From Nitrospirota bacterium (GTDB lineage: Bacteria > Nitrospirota > UBA9217), in contig CAVVOB010000018.1 of NCBI GenBank assembly GCA_963749655.1, positions 32,001 through 96,000 on the forward strand: a stretch of DNA of 64,000 bases, read 5' to 3'. Shown one piece after another: positions 11,396-21,082 of this stretch. The notes under the pieces were generated by a model. The model was given only the letters and a program-made list of their open reading frames with translations. It searched no databases and had not been told where the DNA came from. Numbering within the stretch: the stretch's first letter is position 1; every line of letters begins with the position of its first letter. A program made the position numbers and the translations under genes.

Positions 11396-11650
11396 CCTAC
11401 AATACGGCATGACCGATCTAAAAGTCAACGGTTTTGTTGAGTGATGTTGAGTGACTTCCGCTGCAAGAGGTGCCGCAGGACGCCGATTGAGCACAGTTAT
11501 TTTGGTATTTACAAAACAAAAAATGAAAATCATCTTGACAAAGAGTCAGGTAGTGCACTATGATTACATTGATTCCGCCATACAAACCCATCAAGAATTT
11601 CTTCTCGCGGGCCAAAAAGTCTTTTTTTCAATAAACGGAAAGGACCGCCC

Positions 11651-12906
11651 ATGAAAAACGTTCTTGTTTCCCTCGTCCTTCTCACTGTACCTCTTTTTTC
11701 CTTCCATTCGGCAACCGCAAAAGACAAACAAGACTGTGTGACGGCATCAAAGCTCTCCCGCGAGGCCGCCGAGATTTCGGCATCCAACCCCGGCTTCGCT
11801 GAGCTGAAAAGAAGCTCCGCCAGGCCATCGAACTGTGCGATGCCAGCGCTTCCCTCCATTACAACCTTGCCCTCGCAGCGTACCAGCTGACGCAGTATGG
11901 GACAGCGGAGACGGAGCTCGAACGCGCAATCGAATTGAACCCCTCCTTTGCCAGGGCGTACAATGCGCTCGCATCCCTCTACCCCCTTAAACCGGACGGG
12001 GATCTCAGCCGTGCCAAGGAACTTGCTGACAAGGCGATTGCCATCGAACCCGGAAACAAACAGTACCGGCAGACCCTTGAGATGCTGAACGCGAGCGTGG
12101 ATTTTCCTCCCCGCACGACGGCCAGCAAACCTGATGCGGTCGCAGTCGTGATCGGAAACAGGAGCTACCACAACGGGACCATCCCTTCCGTCTCCTATGC
12201 GGTCCAGGACGCTGTCGCCGTCAAAAAATATCTTACCGAGTCTCTGGGCTTCAAAGAGAACAACATCCTGTTCCTCACGAATGCATCCTACGTGGATTTC
12301 ATCAAGCTTTTCGGCGACGCCAATGACTACAAGGGCATCCTGTACAACCGGACGCGAAAGGACCGCTCGGACATCTTCATTTACTATTCCGGCCACGGCG
12401 TGCCCGATACCAACACGAAAAAACCCTATCTTGTTCCCTCGGACGCAGATCCTTCCATCATCAAAATTACCGGATATCCTCTCGAAACGTTCTACGGGAA
12501 CCTTGCAAAGCTCGAGAACGACAAAAAACCCAGGAGCATAACCATTGTGCTCGACGCCTGCTTCAGCGGCGGCTACAACAACGGCATGCTCATATCCAAT
12601 GCAAGCCCTCTTTTTATCGAAGCGTCCAACCCGGCGCTCACGCTCAAGGACGCGGTGGTCTTTTCCAGTTCGAAAGGCAACCAGATCAGTTCCTGGTACA
12701 TTGAACAGAACCACGGACTGTTCACGTACAACTTCCTCAAAACGCTCAAAAGCGACATCGAGCAGGGCAAACGGGGAATCACGGCAAAGGACATTGAAAA
12801 GGCTCTCCTGGATGCGGACGGCGTGAATGACCAGGCCTGGAGACTGTATAACCGCGAACAGGAACCTCAGGTCGTCGGCAATAAGAACATAATCCTGCTT
12901 CCTTGA
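11651..12906 (+). CDS. exported TPR plus caspase-like (peptidase C14) protein; frameshift near 11800
   Basis: Signal peptide; TPR-like SLHYNLALAAY..AIELNPSFARAYNAL after the shift; AVVIGN, YYSGHG and LDACFSG His/Cys dyad. Confidence 0.85.
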
Positions 12907-12962
12907 CGTTTTCCGCGCCCACGCGCATGGAATACAATGTTTGGTAGAAAGGAGATCTTTCC

Positions 12963-13274
12963 ATGAAACACCTGCTTGCGGTGATTATCCTCCTGTCATT
13001 CGCTGCACCCGTGCACGCGCAAATGCCTTCCGGGTTCGAACCTGTGGAAAAACCGCTCATCGAAAAGCAGCAGCTCGAGGAAGACCTGTCCAGGGACATG
13101 CAAAAACAACAGAGTGAAACGGCGAAACCCGAAGAAAAGAAAGGCTCCAACTGGTGGAAGTGGGGCCTCGGTGTCCTGCTTGTCGGCGGGATCGCCGCGG
13201 CCGCCGGCGGCGGAGGCGGTGGCGGAGGAAGCAGCAGCGGAGGCGGCAATGGGACAATCAATGTCGGCTGGTAG
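12963..13274 (+). CDS. small exported protein with hydrophobic helix, poly-Gly linker and terminal Trp
   Basis: Signal peptide ending VHA; WWKWGLGVLLVGGIAAAAGGGGGGGG...GTINVGW; GGAG RBS. Confidence 0.8.
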   Translation: MKHLLAVIILLSFAAPVHAQMPSGFEPVEKPLIEKQQLEEDLSRDMQKQQSETAKPEEKKGSNWWKWGLGVLLVGGIAAAAGGGGGGGGSSSGGGNGTINVGW

Positions 13275-13329
13275 CGGACACGATGATAAACGTGAAACGA
13301 CTGTAATACTGTGCGAGGGAATATTCCAA

Positions 13330-14628
13330 ATGATTAAAAAAATATTTCTTATCACCGCGCCGCTACTCCTGATTCTTTCGGGATGTGGCGGCAATCAATC
13401 AACACAGTCTGCGGATACGGGATCTATCGCATTCAGCGTCGAGTGGCGGGGAACCGCGGCTGCTTCCTCATCCCCGGGAATCTCAAAAGCTCAGCTCGAC
13501 TGCAACGCAAGCGGAATAGCCACGGTTGAAGCGGCTGTATATGACGGCCCCACCCTCGCCGCCTCAGGCGGCCCCTGGAGCTGCTCAGCGCATGCCGGGA
13601 GCATAACGAACGTCCCCCCTGCAAATAATTACAAGGTCACCATCACAGGCAAAGACGCGAGTGGAAACATGGCAGCCTACGGAGAATTGTCCGGCCTGTC
13701 CGTTCTGGGCGGACAGACAACGAACGCCGGGGCCATTTCCGTCTCTGCTATTGCCACGATTGCTACAGGTCAGAATAAACCTTATCACATAACCACAGAC
13801 GGAACCAATGTGTATTGGACCGAGTATGACAATGGCAACGGAGCCGTAAAAAAAACGGGGATTAATGGAGGCACCGTAACACCCTTTGCATCGGGGCTGA
13901 ATACTCCCAACGGCATTGCAGTCGATGCATCTAATGTTTATTGGACTGAACAGGGCGGCTCGAAAGTCAGTATGGTGTCGCTAAACGGAGGCACCCCGAC
14001 GACCCTTGCCTCCTATCCCACCTATCCCACGATGTACAATCCAATGGGAATTGCCGTAGACTCCACAGATGTCTATTGGATAACCAGCATCCAGCCTACA
14101 GGCGCTTTATGGAAGGTGCCGATTAGCGGCGGCACCGCGACAACCATCGTCACGGGGCTGAATAATCCCTACAGCATTGCCGTCGATTCCACGAGTGTAT
14201 ATTGGACAGAGCAGAATGGCGGCACGGTAAAGAAGGCCTCAAAAGACGGTATGACCGTGACCACCCTTGCATCAGGACAGAGCGCTCCCTACGAACTTGC
14301 CATAGATACAACCAATGTCTATTGGGGCCTGTTTTCCGGCGGGGGCGTGGCAAAGGTAGGAATAGGCGGTACCGGAGGTACGGTGACGACCCTTGCAGCA
14401 GGAGGGACTCCCAATATTTATGGCGCTGGAATTGCCGTCGATGCAACGAATGTTTACTGGGTTGAGAGCACAGCAAGTACCGGAACGATAAAAAAGGTGG
14501 GGATAAACGGGGGCACAGTGACGACCCTTGCTCCGAATATGAATTTTTCCTTTGGACTTGCTGCGGATGCCACCAGCGTCTATTGGACCGAGCAGAATGT
14601 AGGAAACATAAAGAAGGTGTTTAAGTAG
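13330..14628 (+). CDS. lipoprotein with an Ig-like domain and a 7-bladed beta-propeller
   Basis: Lipobox LSGC; seven ~40-aa repeats of the type TTLA...IAVDxTxVYW. Confidence 0.85.
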   Translation: MIKKIFLITAPLLLILSGCGGNQSTQSADTGSIAFSVEWRGTAAASSSPGISKAQLDCNASGIATVEAAVYDGPTLAASGGPWSCSAHAGSITNVPPANNYKVTITGKDASGNMAAYGELSGLSVLGGQTTNAGAISVSAIATIATGQNKPYHITTDGTNVYWTEYDNGNGAVKKTGINGGTVTPFASGLNTPNGIAVDASNVYWTEQGGSKVSMVSLNGGTPTTLASYPTYPTMYNPMGIAVDSTDVYWITSIQPTGALWKVPISGGTATTIVTGLNNPYSIAVDSTSVYWTEQNGGTVKKASKDGMTVTTLASGQSAPYELAIDTTNVYWGLFSGGGVAKVGIGGTGGTVTTLAAGGTPNIYGAGIAVDATNVYWVESTASTGTIKKVGINGGTVTTLAPNMNFSFGLAADATSVYWTEQNVGNIKKVFK

Positions 14629-14710
14629 AACGCGTGGATTTGCGCGCGTCAGTTCATTTTCTCCGAACCAGTCGAAACGGCGTAACATCGTGCACCCTCC
14701 AAAAGGAACT

Positions 14711-14749
14711 AAAACGACCGCAGGATAAAATCCTGCGGTCGTTTTTTTT
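14711..14749. terminator. bidirectional intrinsic terminator
   Basis: AAAACGACCGCAGGAT-AAA-ATCCTGCGGTCGTTTTTTTT between convergent genes. Confidence 0.9.
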
Positions 14750-14797
14750 GCCCAGCCTCAAACACTTCCCTCGCACCGGCCGTTCAGGCGCTTCGGA

Positions 14798-15394
14798 TCA
14801 CCCGTTCAGCAGCCTCACCACGGCCATTCCGTCATCGTAATAATCGACGATATTGAGCGCGCCGAAGGATTGGTCGATCCGAAACAGGTTCATCAGGTCC
14901 ATGCCGAGAGCGTCCGCGAGGATGACCCTGTTCACTCCTCCGTGCAGCAGCATGGCGACTTCCCGGTCGTTATGGGAGTCTACCAGGCGCTTGACCACGG
15001 GCAGTATCCGGTCCTGCACATCCATCAGGTTCTCGCCTCCCGGCGGGCGAAAATTGAGGAGGTCCGCGCGCCATAATGCGTAGTCCCGCGGGAACCGGTC
15101 CTTTATCTCGTCGGCAGTAAGGCCCTCCCAGCTGCCTACACTCCGCTCCCGGAGCTCGCGCAGGGACGTTACAGGCGCACTGCATTTCTCAGCGATAATC
15201 CGTGCGCCTTTTACTGAACGGATAAGATCGCTGGAGTAAACGGCGGCGATTTTTTTGCCCGAGAGGAGGTCTGCAAGGCGGTGCATCTGGTGAAGGCCGT
15301 TCTCGGTGATGTCGACATCGATGTGGCCGTTATACCGTCTTTCCGGACCGTTGGCTACTTCACCATGCCGCATCAGGTAGACGGTGGTCGGCAT
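14798..15394 (-). CDS. cobC: alpha-ribazole phosphatase (histidine phosphatase)
   Basis: MRHGE, SSDLIRS, HGGVNR; follows cobS. Confidence 0.85.
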   Translation of the reverse strand: MPTTVYLMRHGEVANGPERRYNGHIDVDITENGLHQMHRLADLLSGKKIAAVYSSDLIRSVKGARIIAEKCSAPVTSLRELRERSVGSWEGLTADEIKDRFPRDYALWRADLLNFRPPGGENLMDVQDRILPVVKRLVDSHNDREVAMLLHGGVNRVILADALGMDLMNLFRIDQSFGALNIVDYYDDGMAVVRLLNG

Positions 15395-15397
15395 GCG

Positions 15398-16168
15398 CTA
15401 CGCCCCGTTCGCGAGAGTGACAAAAACGAGGAAGACCAGCACTTCATTGAGCTCGTTCATCGCCCCGATAGCATCGCCGGTTACGCCGCCCAGTTTGCGG
15501 ATCAGATACCGTTTTCCGGTGTAGGTCATCAGCGCGACGCTGCACAGCAGGACCGCGAAAAGGACCACGGTCCGGATGTCGATCCGCAGGATCACAAAGG
15601 CTGATAGCCCCGCGGCCAGAAGGGAAACCGCGACCAGTCCGCTGGAACGCAGATGCCCGACGAAGGCCTTGCCCATGCCGTTGTCGCGGCCGTAGTCGGC
15701 ATTGAACACCATGAATGCCTGGGACCACCTGCCCAGCACCGGAGCAGTCAAAAGCGCAGGTACCCGGTCGCCTTCGAACAGATTATTGAGGCAGAGATAT
15801 TTCATGAACAGGACGCAGACGATGCCGACTGCTCCGGCAGTGCCGATCCTGCTGTCCTTCATAATGGCGAGACGCGTCTCGTGGCTGCGCCCGCCCATGA
15901 GTCCGTCAAGCGTGTCGGCCAGGCCGTCGATATGCAGTGCCCGCGTGATCACCAGCGAAAGAATAACGAGCAGGAATGTGGCGACCGTCTGGGGCAGCGC
16001 GATCAGGGCAAAAAGTTTGTCTGCATTGACCAGAAGAAACCCTATCAAAAAACCGACGAAGGGGAAGTAGACAATAGATTTGGCCATGTCGCCTTCCTCG
16101 ATTATATGCTTCTTATTCACGGTAAAGATAGTTAAAAACTGCAAGGCGGTCGTAAAATTTTTAATCAT
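15398..16168 (-). CDS. cobS: adenosylcobinamide-GDP ribazoletransferase
   Basis: LHIDGLADTLDGL, IMKDSRIG, GGVTGDAIGA. Confidence 0.95.
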   Translation of the reverse strand: MIKNFTTALQFLTIFTVNKKHIIEEGDMAKSIVYFPFVGFLIGFLLVNADKLFALIALPQTVATFLLVILSLVITRALHIDGLADTLDGLMGGRSHETRLAIMKDSRIGTAGAVGIVCVLFMKYLCLNNLFEGDRVPALLTAPVLGRWSQAFMVFNADYGRDNGMGKAFVGHLRSSGLVAVSLLAAGLSAFVILRIDIRTVVLFAVLLCSVALMTYTGKRYLIRKLGGVTGDAIGAMNELNEVLVFLVFVTLANGA

Positions 16169-16208
16169 TCTTCCTCGTCCTTCACTCTTTCCAGCATGCG
16201 CTGTTTTC

Positions 16209-16733
16209 TTATTTGATCTTCACCGGGATGCCTGATGCCGTAAAGTAGACCTCATCGGCGGCCTGCGCCACCTTCTGGTTCACCGTACCGGCGGCATCGC
16301 GGAATTTCCTGGCCAAGGGGTTGTCGGGCACGATGCCGAGTCCGACCTCATTGGAAACGACGATGCAGACGCCCCGGAACTCCCGGATGGCCTTCACCAG
16401 CGCCTCGGTGCGGCCAAGGAGGGGACCGTCGCCGTCGGTGTGCGCCATGACATTGCTCAACCAGAGCGTCAGGCAGTCGAGGAGGACGACCTCGTATCTG
16501 CCGCTCAGCTTTTGCAGCAGTTCATCTACGGCCAGGGGCTCTTCATAGGTGTCCCAGGCAGCGCCGCGGTCCTTGCGGTGCTTGTCGATCCGCGCCGCCA
16601 TCTCGGCGTCGAGGGCCTGCGCGGTGGCGAGATAGGCCCGCTTCCCGGGGATGCCCGTTGCCAGTTTCTCTGCAAAGGCTGACTTTCCGGACCGGGCCCC
16701 GCCCGTAATGAAATAAATTTTTTCTGCCATCAT
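16209..16733 (-). CDS. cobU: cobinamide kinase / cobinamide-phosphate guanylyltransferase
   Basis: TGGARSGKS, LLDCLTLWLSN, VSNEVGLGIVP. Confidence 0.96.
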   Translation of the reverse strand: MMAEKIYFITGGARSGKSAFAEKLATGIPGKRAYLATAQALDAEMAARIDKHRKDRGAAWDTYEEPLAVDELLQKLSGRYEVVLLDCLTLWLSNVMAHTDGDGPLLGRTEALVKAIREFRGVCIVVSNEVGLGIVPDNPLARKFRDAAGTVNQKVAQAADEVYFTASGIPVKIK

Positions 16734-16749
16734 TCACTTTCACGCAAGA

Positions 16750-16887
16750 CAAAAAACCCCACCACAATAAAACGGGCAGGGGTCAAACGCCGGAGTTTCA
16801 GCATCAAATTGAGCGGGCAAGGGGTCTTGGACCCGCAGTCCCCCTCGACCCAATCGGATAATAAAACAAAGAGTTCGGCAAAGTCAA
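16750..16887 (-). promoter_or_regulatory. promoter plus structured leader with terminator upstream of cobU
   Basis: TTGACT-18-TATTAT; two copies of GACCCC(T)TGCCCG; GACCCC...GGGGTT-TTTT terminator. Confidence 0.5.
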
Positions 16888-17164
16888 GCGTTCATTTTCG
16901 GACGCTCGGCGAAGCCTTCCGGCAAATGGCGTCATGATTTCCCCATCTCTGTGTTCAAGCTCATCGAGCATCTTCCCAAGCCGTTTTTCACGAGTTGTAT
17001 TCATTTTCACGCGCTGACCCGGCAATAAACCAACTTGACCTATTCATCCAAATAAGATATTATTTCTCGGTTCTTTCAGCATGATCTTCCCTGGTCCCTG
17101 ATCATCCTTGCCGTTCAACTTCTGCCGTTGCAGAGACTGACATTCCCCCTCCAATGAGGACACC

Positions 17165-17881
17165 ATGACCGTGCCACGAGACATCGACTCTTTAAAGGTC
17201 AGCATCATCATTCCCTGTTTTAACGAGAAACAGACCATCGAATCCCTGATTTCCGCCGTTCGATCGTCTCCTGTCAAGCGCCAGGAAATCATTATCGTTG
17301 ATGATTGCTCGACAGATGGAACGCAGGACGTTCTCAAAAACACGATACTCCCCTTGGTCCATACCATCATCTACCACGATAAAAATCAGGGGAAAGGGGC
17401 TGCCCTGCGAACAGGCATCGCCGCGGCCACAGGTGATATCGTGATCATTCAAGACGCCGACCTTGAATATGATCCGAATGAATATCACCTTTTGCTCGAG
17501 CCCTTTCTTCAGGGAAAGGCGGATGTGGTATTCGGTTCGCGCTTCATGGGCGGCAGACCCCACCGCGTGGTTTATTACTGGCATTCCCTGGGGAACTGGC
17601 TGCTTACGACGCTCTCGAATATGTTCACCAACATCAATCTTACGGATATGGAGACATGCTATAAGGCCTTTCGACGGGAAATCATACAGTCGATTCGCAT
17701 CGAAGAGGACCGCTTCGGCTTTGAGCCGGAAATAACCGCGAAAGTGGCAAAAATGAATTGCAGAATCTATGAGGTCGGTATTTCCTACTATGGGCGCACG
17801 TACGCTGAAGGGAAGAAGACCGGCTGGAAGGACGGCTTTCGGGCACTGTACGGAATTCTGAAATATAATCTATTCAGATAG
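17165..17881 (+). CDS. GT2 glycosyltransferase (DPM-synthase-like)
   Basis: [39 protein letters not shown]. Confidence 0.95.
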   Translation: MTVPRDIDSLKVSIIIPCFNEKQTIESLISAVRSSPVKRQEIIIVDDCSTDGTQDVLKNTILPLVHTIIYHDKNQGKGAALRTGIAAATGDIVIIQDADLEYDPNEYHLLLEPFLQGKADVVFGSRFMGGRPHRVVYYWHSLGNWLLTTLSNMFTNINLTDMETCYKAFRREIIQSIRIEEDRFGFEPEITAKVAKMNCRIYEVGISYYGRTYAEGKKTGWKDGFRALYGILKYNLFR

Positions 17882-18204
17882 TGTTGACAACCCGGCGAGG
17901 GAACACCCTCTACTCCCCCCGGGTTAAGGGTAGTTCTTCTTAAATCGTCAAGCGGTTCGTCTTTCGTGACCAATTGATCCCTCCGTTGTGGTCGGGTATT
18001 CACTCTTGCCGCTTACACAAATTATTCTGCAAACATATACGGAGTTTGGCAACCCTTCAACAAACGCTTGTCAGGAAATACTACCCGAATAAAGCCTCGG
18101 CACTCGTTGTTCTAAATATTTTTGACAGAAAAGGGACAAGGATTGCGTCAGTGATGCAGCGAAATGACCGAAAAGAGACAAGGGAGTTGGTTCCCGTAAT
18201 GCGA

Positions 18205-18978
18205 TTACTTGAACAGTTTCTTAGCTTCCTTTGACTGCAGAAAGTCGATGATCTTCTTAAGGCTCTCCGTCGGCTCGTTTTTAGTGATGATGCAGAGTTG
18301 ACGCTTGAGCGGCGGTGTGCTCACCACCTTCAGCCCCTTGACGTTCTTCACGAATCCTTCCGACAACAGCGCGATGGCAATGGGAGAAGTGGCCACGAGG
18401 TCGACTGCCTCGCGGTCGGTCACCGTGACATAGGCGTTCGCTGCAAAGGCGGCGCCTTCCATGAGAGAATCCTGGATCACCGAGCGCGTACCCGAGCTCT
18501 GCGGCGGTATGATGACTACGATGCGGTCGTCCGGACCGCCCACATCCTTCCAGTTCGTTATCATCCCGCTATGGATGTTCGCAAGCTGCTCCCTGGTCAG
18601 TTTTTTCACTTTGTTGCGCGCATTCACGATTGCAACGATCTGGTCCTGGGCGATCACGTGTTCCCGATACGTGCCTTCGGTGGGGACCCCGGTCTCCTGG
18701 AAGGCAAGTGCGAGCGGGCAGTCGGAGGTTGCTGCGCCGGCAGTTCCCGCCATCAGGTCTTTCATGCCCCGAATCGTTTCGGCTCCTATCACATCGATCG
18801 CAACGCCGGCCTTCTTTTCCATTGCCTTCTTTGCCGGATCAAGGATGCGCTTCTGCATCGTTGACGAGCCTGACAAGACCAGCGGTTCTGCGTGTGCGTT
18901 GCCGGTGATGGCGAGGACAAGCACTATGGTCGCTGCGACGTTCCTTATTAATAATCGTTTTCCCGGCCAGCAGATCAT
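18205..18978 (-). CDS. PstS-like periplasmic binding-domain protein
   Basis: LSGSSTM, ITNWKDVGGPD, SSGTR; signal peptide. Confidence 0.75.
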   Translation of the reverse strand: MICWPGKRLLIRNVAATIVLVLAITGNAHAEPLVLSGSSTMQKRILDPAKKAMEKKAGVAIDVIGAETIRGMKDLMAGTAGAATSDCPLALAFQETGVPTEGTYREHVIAQDQIVAIVNARNKVKKLTREQLANIHSGMITNWKDVGGPDDRIVVIIPPQSSGTRSVIQDSLMEGAAFAANAYVTVTDREAVDLVATSPIAIALLSEGFVKNVKGLKVVSTPPLKRQLCIITKNEPTESLKKIIDFLQSKEAKKLFK

Positions 18979-19859
18979 TTCGACAGCTCCGATTTCAGAC
19001 TTGCCATGAGGTCCGCCGTTGCCTCATCGACCAGTGCGGTAAAAGCGTGCGGTACCTTCTTCTTCGGGTCGGAAAGATCGATGTTCTTTGCTGAGACCGC
19101 CTCCTTGCCCGAGCCGCTGTAGAGGGGGAGCAGGTCGCGCGACGGCGAACTTCCGATGATGGGACGGTCGCCTGTGTCCACGACGATCCTTCCGCTCTTG
19201 TCCACGACCACGAGAGAAGCCGACAGGGCCAGCAGGCCGTCGGTCCGCTCATCAGTTACGATAAAGGCGTTCGGCCGGGGATGAGTGATGGTGCACCGCA
19301 CCTGGACAAAGACAACGGCATCGACCTGCAGAGCAGTGCAAAGCTTTCCAGCCTGATCAAGGAGCAGGGTGCGGATTGCCGGGTCCACCCGGGATTGCCG
19401 CTCATCAGATGCCAGGACTTCACGGGGAATGACCGGCAGCCCCTCCGCTCCGATGAACCGCTCTTGCCACGTCGAAATTGTCGCGCGAACCGCTTCCCGT
19501 ACCCGCTTCTGCTCGTTTATCTCAGGGAACAGGCCGGAAAGGTCCATGAGTGATACATTCCCCAGGAACAGAGCCGCTTTTCCGCCGTCTATGGCAGCGG
19601 AGTCAATCATCTTCCAGGGCCGCAGACCAGCCAGTCCTGTCCGTATCTGCGCAGCAGCATGGTCGACCGCTGCCTGCAGGACCTTTCGGTTTGCCTCATG
19701 CGCTGTGTCGGCAACACGCGGCATCACCGTGCTCACCAAGGCGATGCTGCCTGTCGCATCCAGAACGTCGCGGCGCACGAGCCTGCCGCTGCAGCCGCTT
19801 GCAAGCAGGGCCGCAACGATCAGTAGCAGAATTGAATAGCGTACTCTTTTTGGGAACAT
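18975..19859 (-). CDS. hypothetical lipoprotein
   Basis: Lipobox LASGC; 294-aa ORF overlapping the next gene by 4 nt. Confidence 0.7.
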   Translation of the reverse strand: MFPKRVRYSILLLIVAALLASGCSGRLVRRDVLDATGSIALVSTVMPRVADTAHEANRKVLQAAVDHAAAQIRTGLAGLRPWKMIDSAAIDGGKAALFLGNVSLMDLSGLFPEINEQKRVREAVRATISTWQERFIGAEGLPVIPREVLASDERQSRVDPAIRTLLLDQAGKLCTALQVDAVVFVQVRCTITHPRPNAFIVTDERTDGLLALSASLVVVDKSGRIVVDTGDRPIIGSSPSRDLLPLYSGSGKEAVSAKNIDLSDPKKKVPHAFTALVDEATADLMASLKSELSK

Positions 19860-20132
19860 AATATTTCCTTTCCGTATGGAAGGAGTATAGATTATTATCC
19901 CAGGGAGGTAAAGAAAAAAAATGGGGTATTTTTGGGGTATGCAGGAAAAAATGGTTATTCGTAATTTTTGGCGGAGCTTTTTATAAAGTACAAAATATCA
20001 AGAACTTATCAGGATTTCAGTCTTCAAGACTGGGGCCTCGAAGAGGACAAATTTATGCCCCTCCTAGAGAGTTTTCGGTCGAAATCGGGAGAATTGAACG
20101 TGAAGTGTCGGGCGGATCGGAGAACAGTCGAA

Positions 20133-20200
20133 AAAAAATCCGTGAGATAAGGCCCACGGATCTTTATCATAAAAAATGGAGCGGGCGACGGGTTTCGAAC
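20133..20200. repeat. att site: duplicated tRNA-Gly 3' end and terminator
   Basis: 29-bp identity AAAAATGGAGCGGGCGACGGGTTTCGAAC (20172-20200 = 36115-36143), with colinear similarity over the adjacent hairpin. Confidence 0.92.
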
Positions 20201-20338
20201 GTGTAGCACCTTCTCCGAAAGACTCAAACATACGAACCCCAAAAGATAATAAATCAAAAGGTTAGCTTTGTCAATCTTGCTGTAGTGTTGCAAAAATTCA
20301 TCGGACAAGAGTCGGACAGACGGCCAGGAAAGGTAATT

Positions 20339-21082
20339 ATGCCTGCAGACGATATCAGGGTAAAGCTATCGTTTTTCAATAACATCAAAACCCGACGGAT
20401 CGTAGCAATATACGGGATCGAGGGCGCCGTTTCCATTATTAAGCTTTGGATCTATTCTGCACAGTTTGCGCAAAAGGGCGACCTTACCGACTTCGATGAA
20501 GTAGAATGGAAAGCTGCTACCGGTCGTGATAGCGATTGTATGGCGTTTGTAAACGACTTGTATAAGCCTGGTATGAATTTTCTCGATAAGGACAAAAAGG
20601 GGCGCACTTTACTGCATGATTGGAAGGAGCATCAGGGTTTTGTTTTTCACTCTGATGTGAGGTCGAGGATAGCAAGAAAGAACATAGAAAAACGATGGAA
20701 GTCCGTAAAAACAAAAAAGAAAAAAGATAATACGGATAGGATACCATCCGTATCAGAATCGAATACCATGGGTAATTCTCCTTCTCCTCTTCCTCTTCCT
20801 CTTCCTCTTCCTTCTCCAAAAGGTAGGGGGCAACGCGCATCGAAACCTGAACGCATATCGTTTGAAAAAGCGGAAACCGCCTGGAAGCAATTCGAAAAAG
20901 TGCTCACGTCGGACAACGTGAGGGTCGTGATCAAAGACGATCTGTCGCGTAAGATATTCTTCGACCTGGGCGGGAAGGATCGGATCATGGAGCTTCTCAG
21001 TCAGAATGGGGATCGTTTGAAAGCAGAGTTCGTCACGCGGTATTCGGTCTTGGAAGTTGCTCAATTCAGGGCAGCAGTTTAA
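20339..21082 (+). CDS. phage-type replication initiator (replisome-organiser-like)
   Basis: N-terminal wHTH-like region ending LHDWKEHQ, basic patch, central 11-bp periodic DNA and SPSPLPLPLPLPSP linker. Confidence 0.65.
   Translation: MPADDIRVKLSFFNNIKTRRIVAIYGIEGAVSIIKLWIYSAQFAQKGDLTDFDEVEWKAATGRDSDCMAFVNDLYKPGMNFLDKDKKGRTLLHDWKEHQGFVFHSDVRSRIARKNIEKRWKSVKTKKKKDNTDRIPSVSESNTMGNSPSPLPLPLPLPSPKGRGQRASKPERISFEKAETAWKQFEKVLTSDNVRVVIKDDLSRKIFFDLGGKDRIMELLSQNGDRLKAEFVTRYSVLEVAQFRAAV

Noticed and set aside
16734-17040. Canonical cobalamin riboswitch before cobU
   Set aside because: The conserved AAGGGAA, GCCACTG and GGGAAG B12-box elements were not found; kept only as an unclassified leader.
20177-20200. 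Second tRNA gene
   Set aside because: Only the T-arm and acceptor 3' portion is present; it is the att duplicate.
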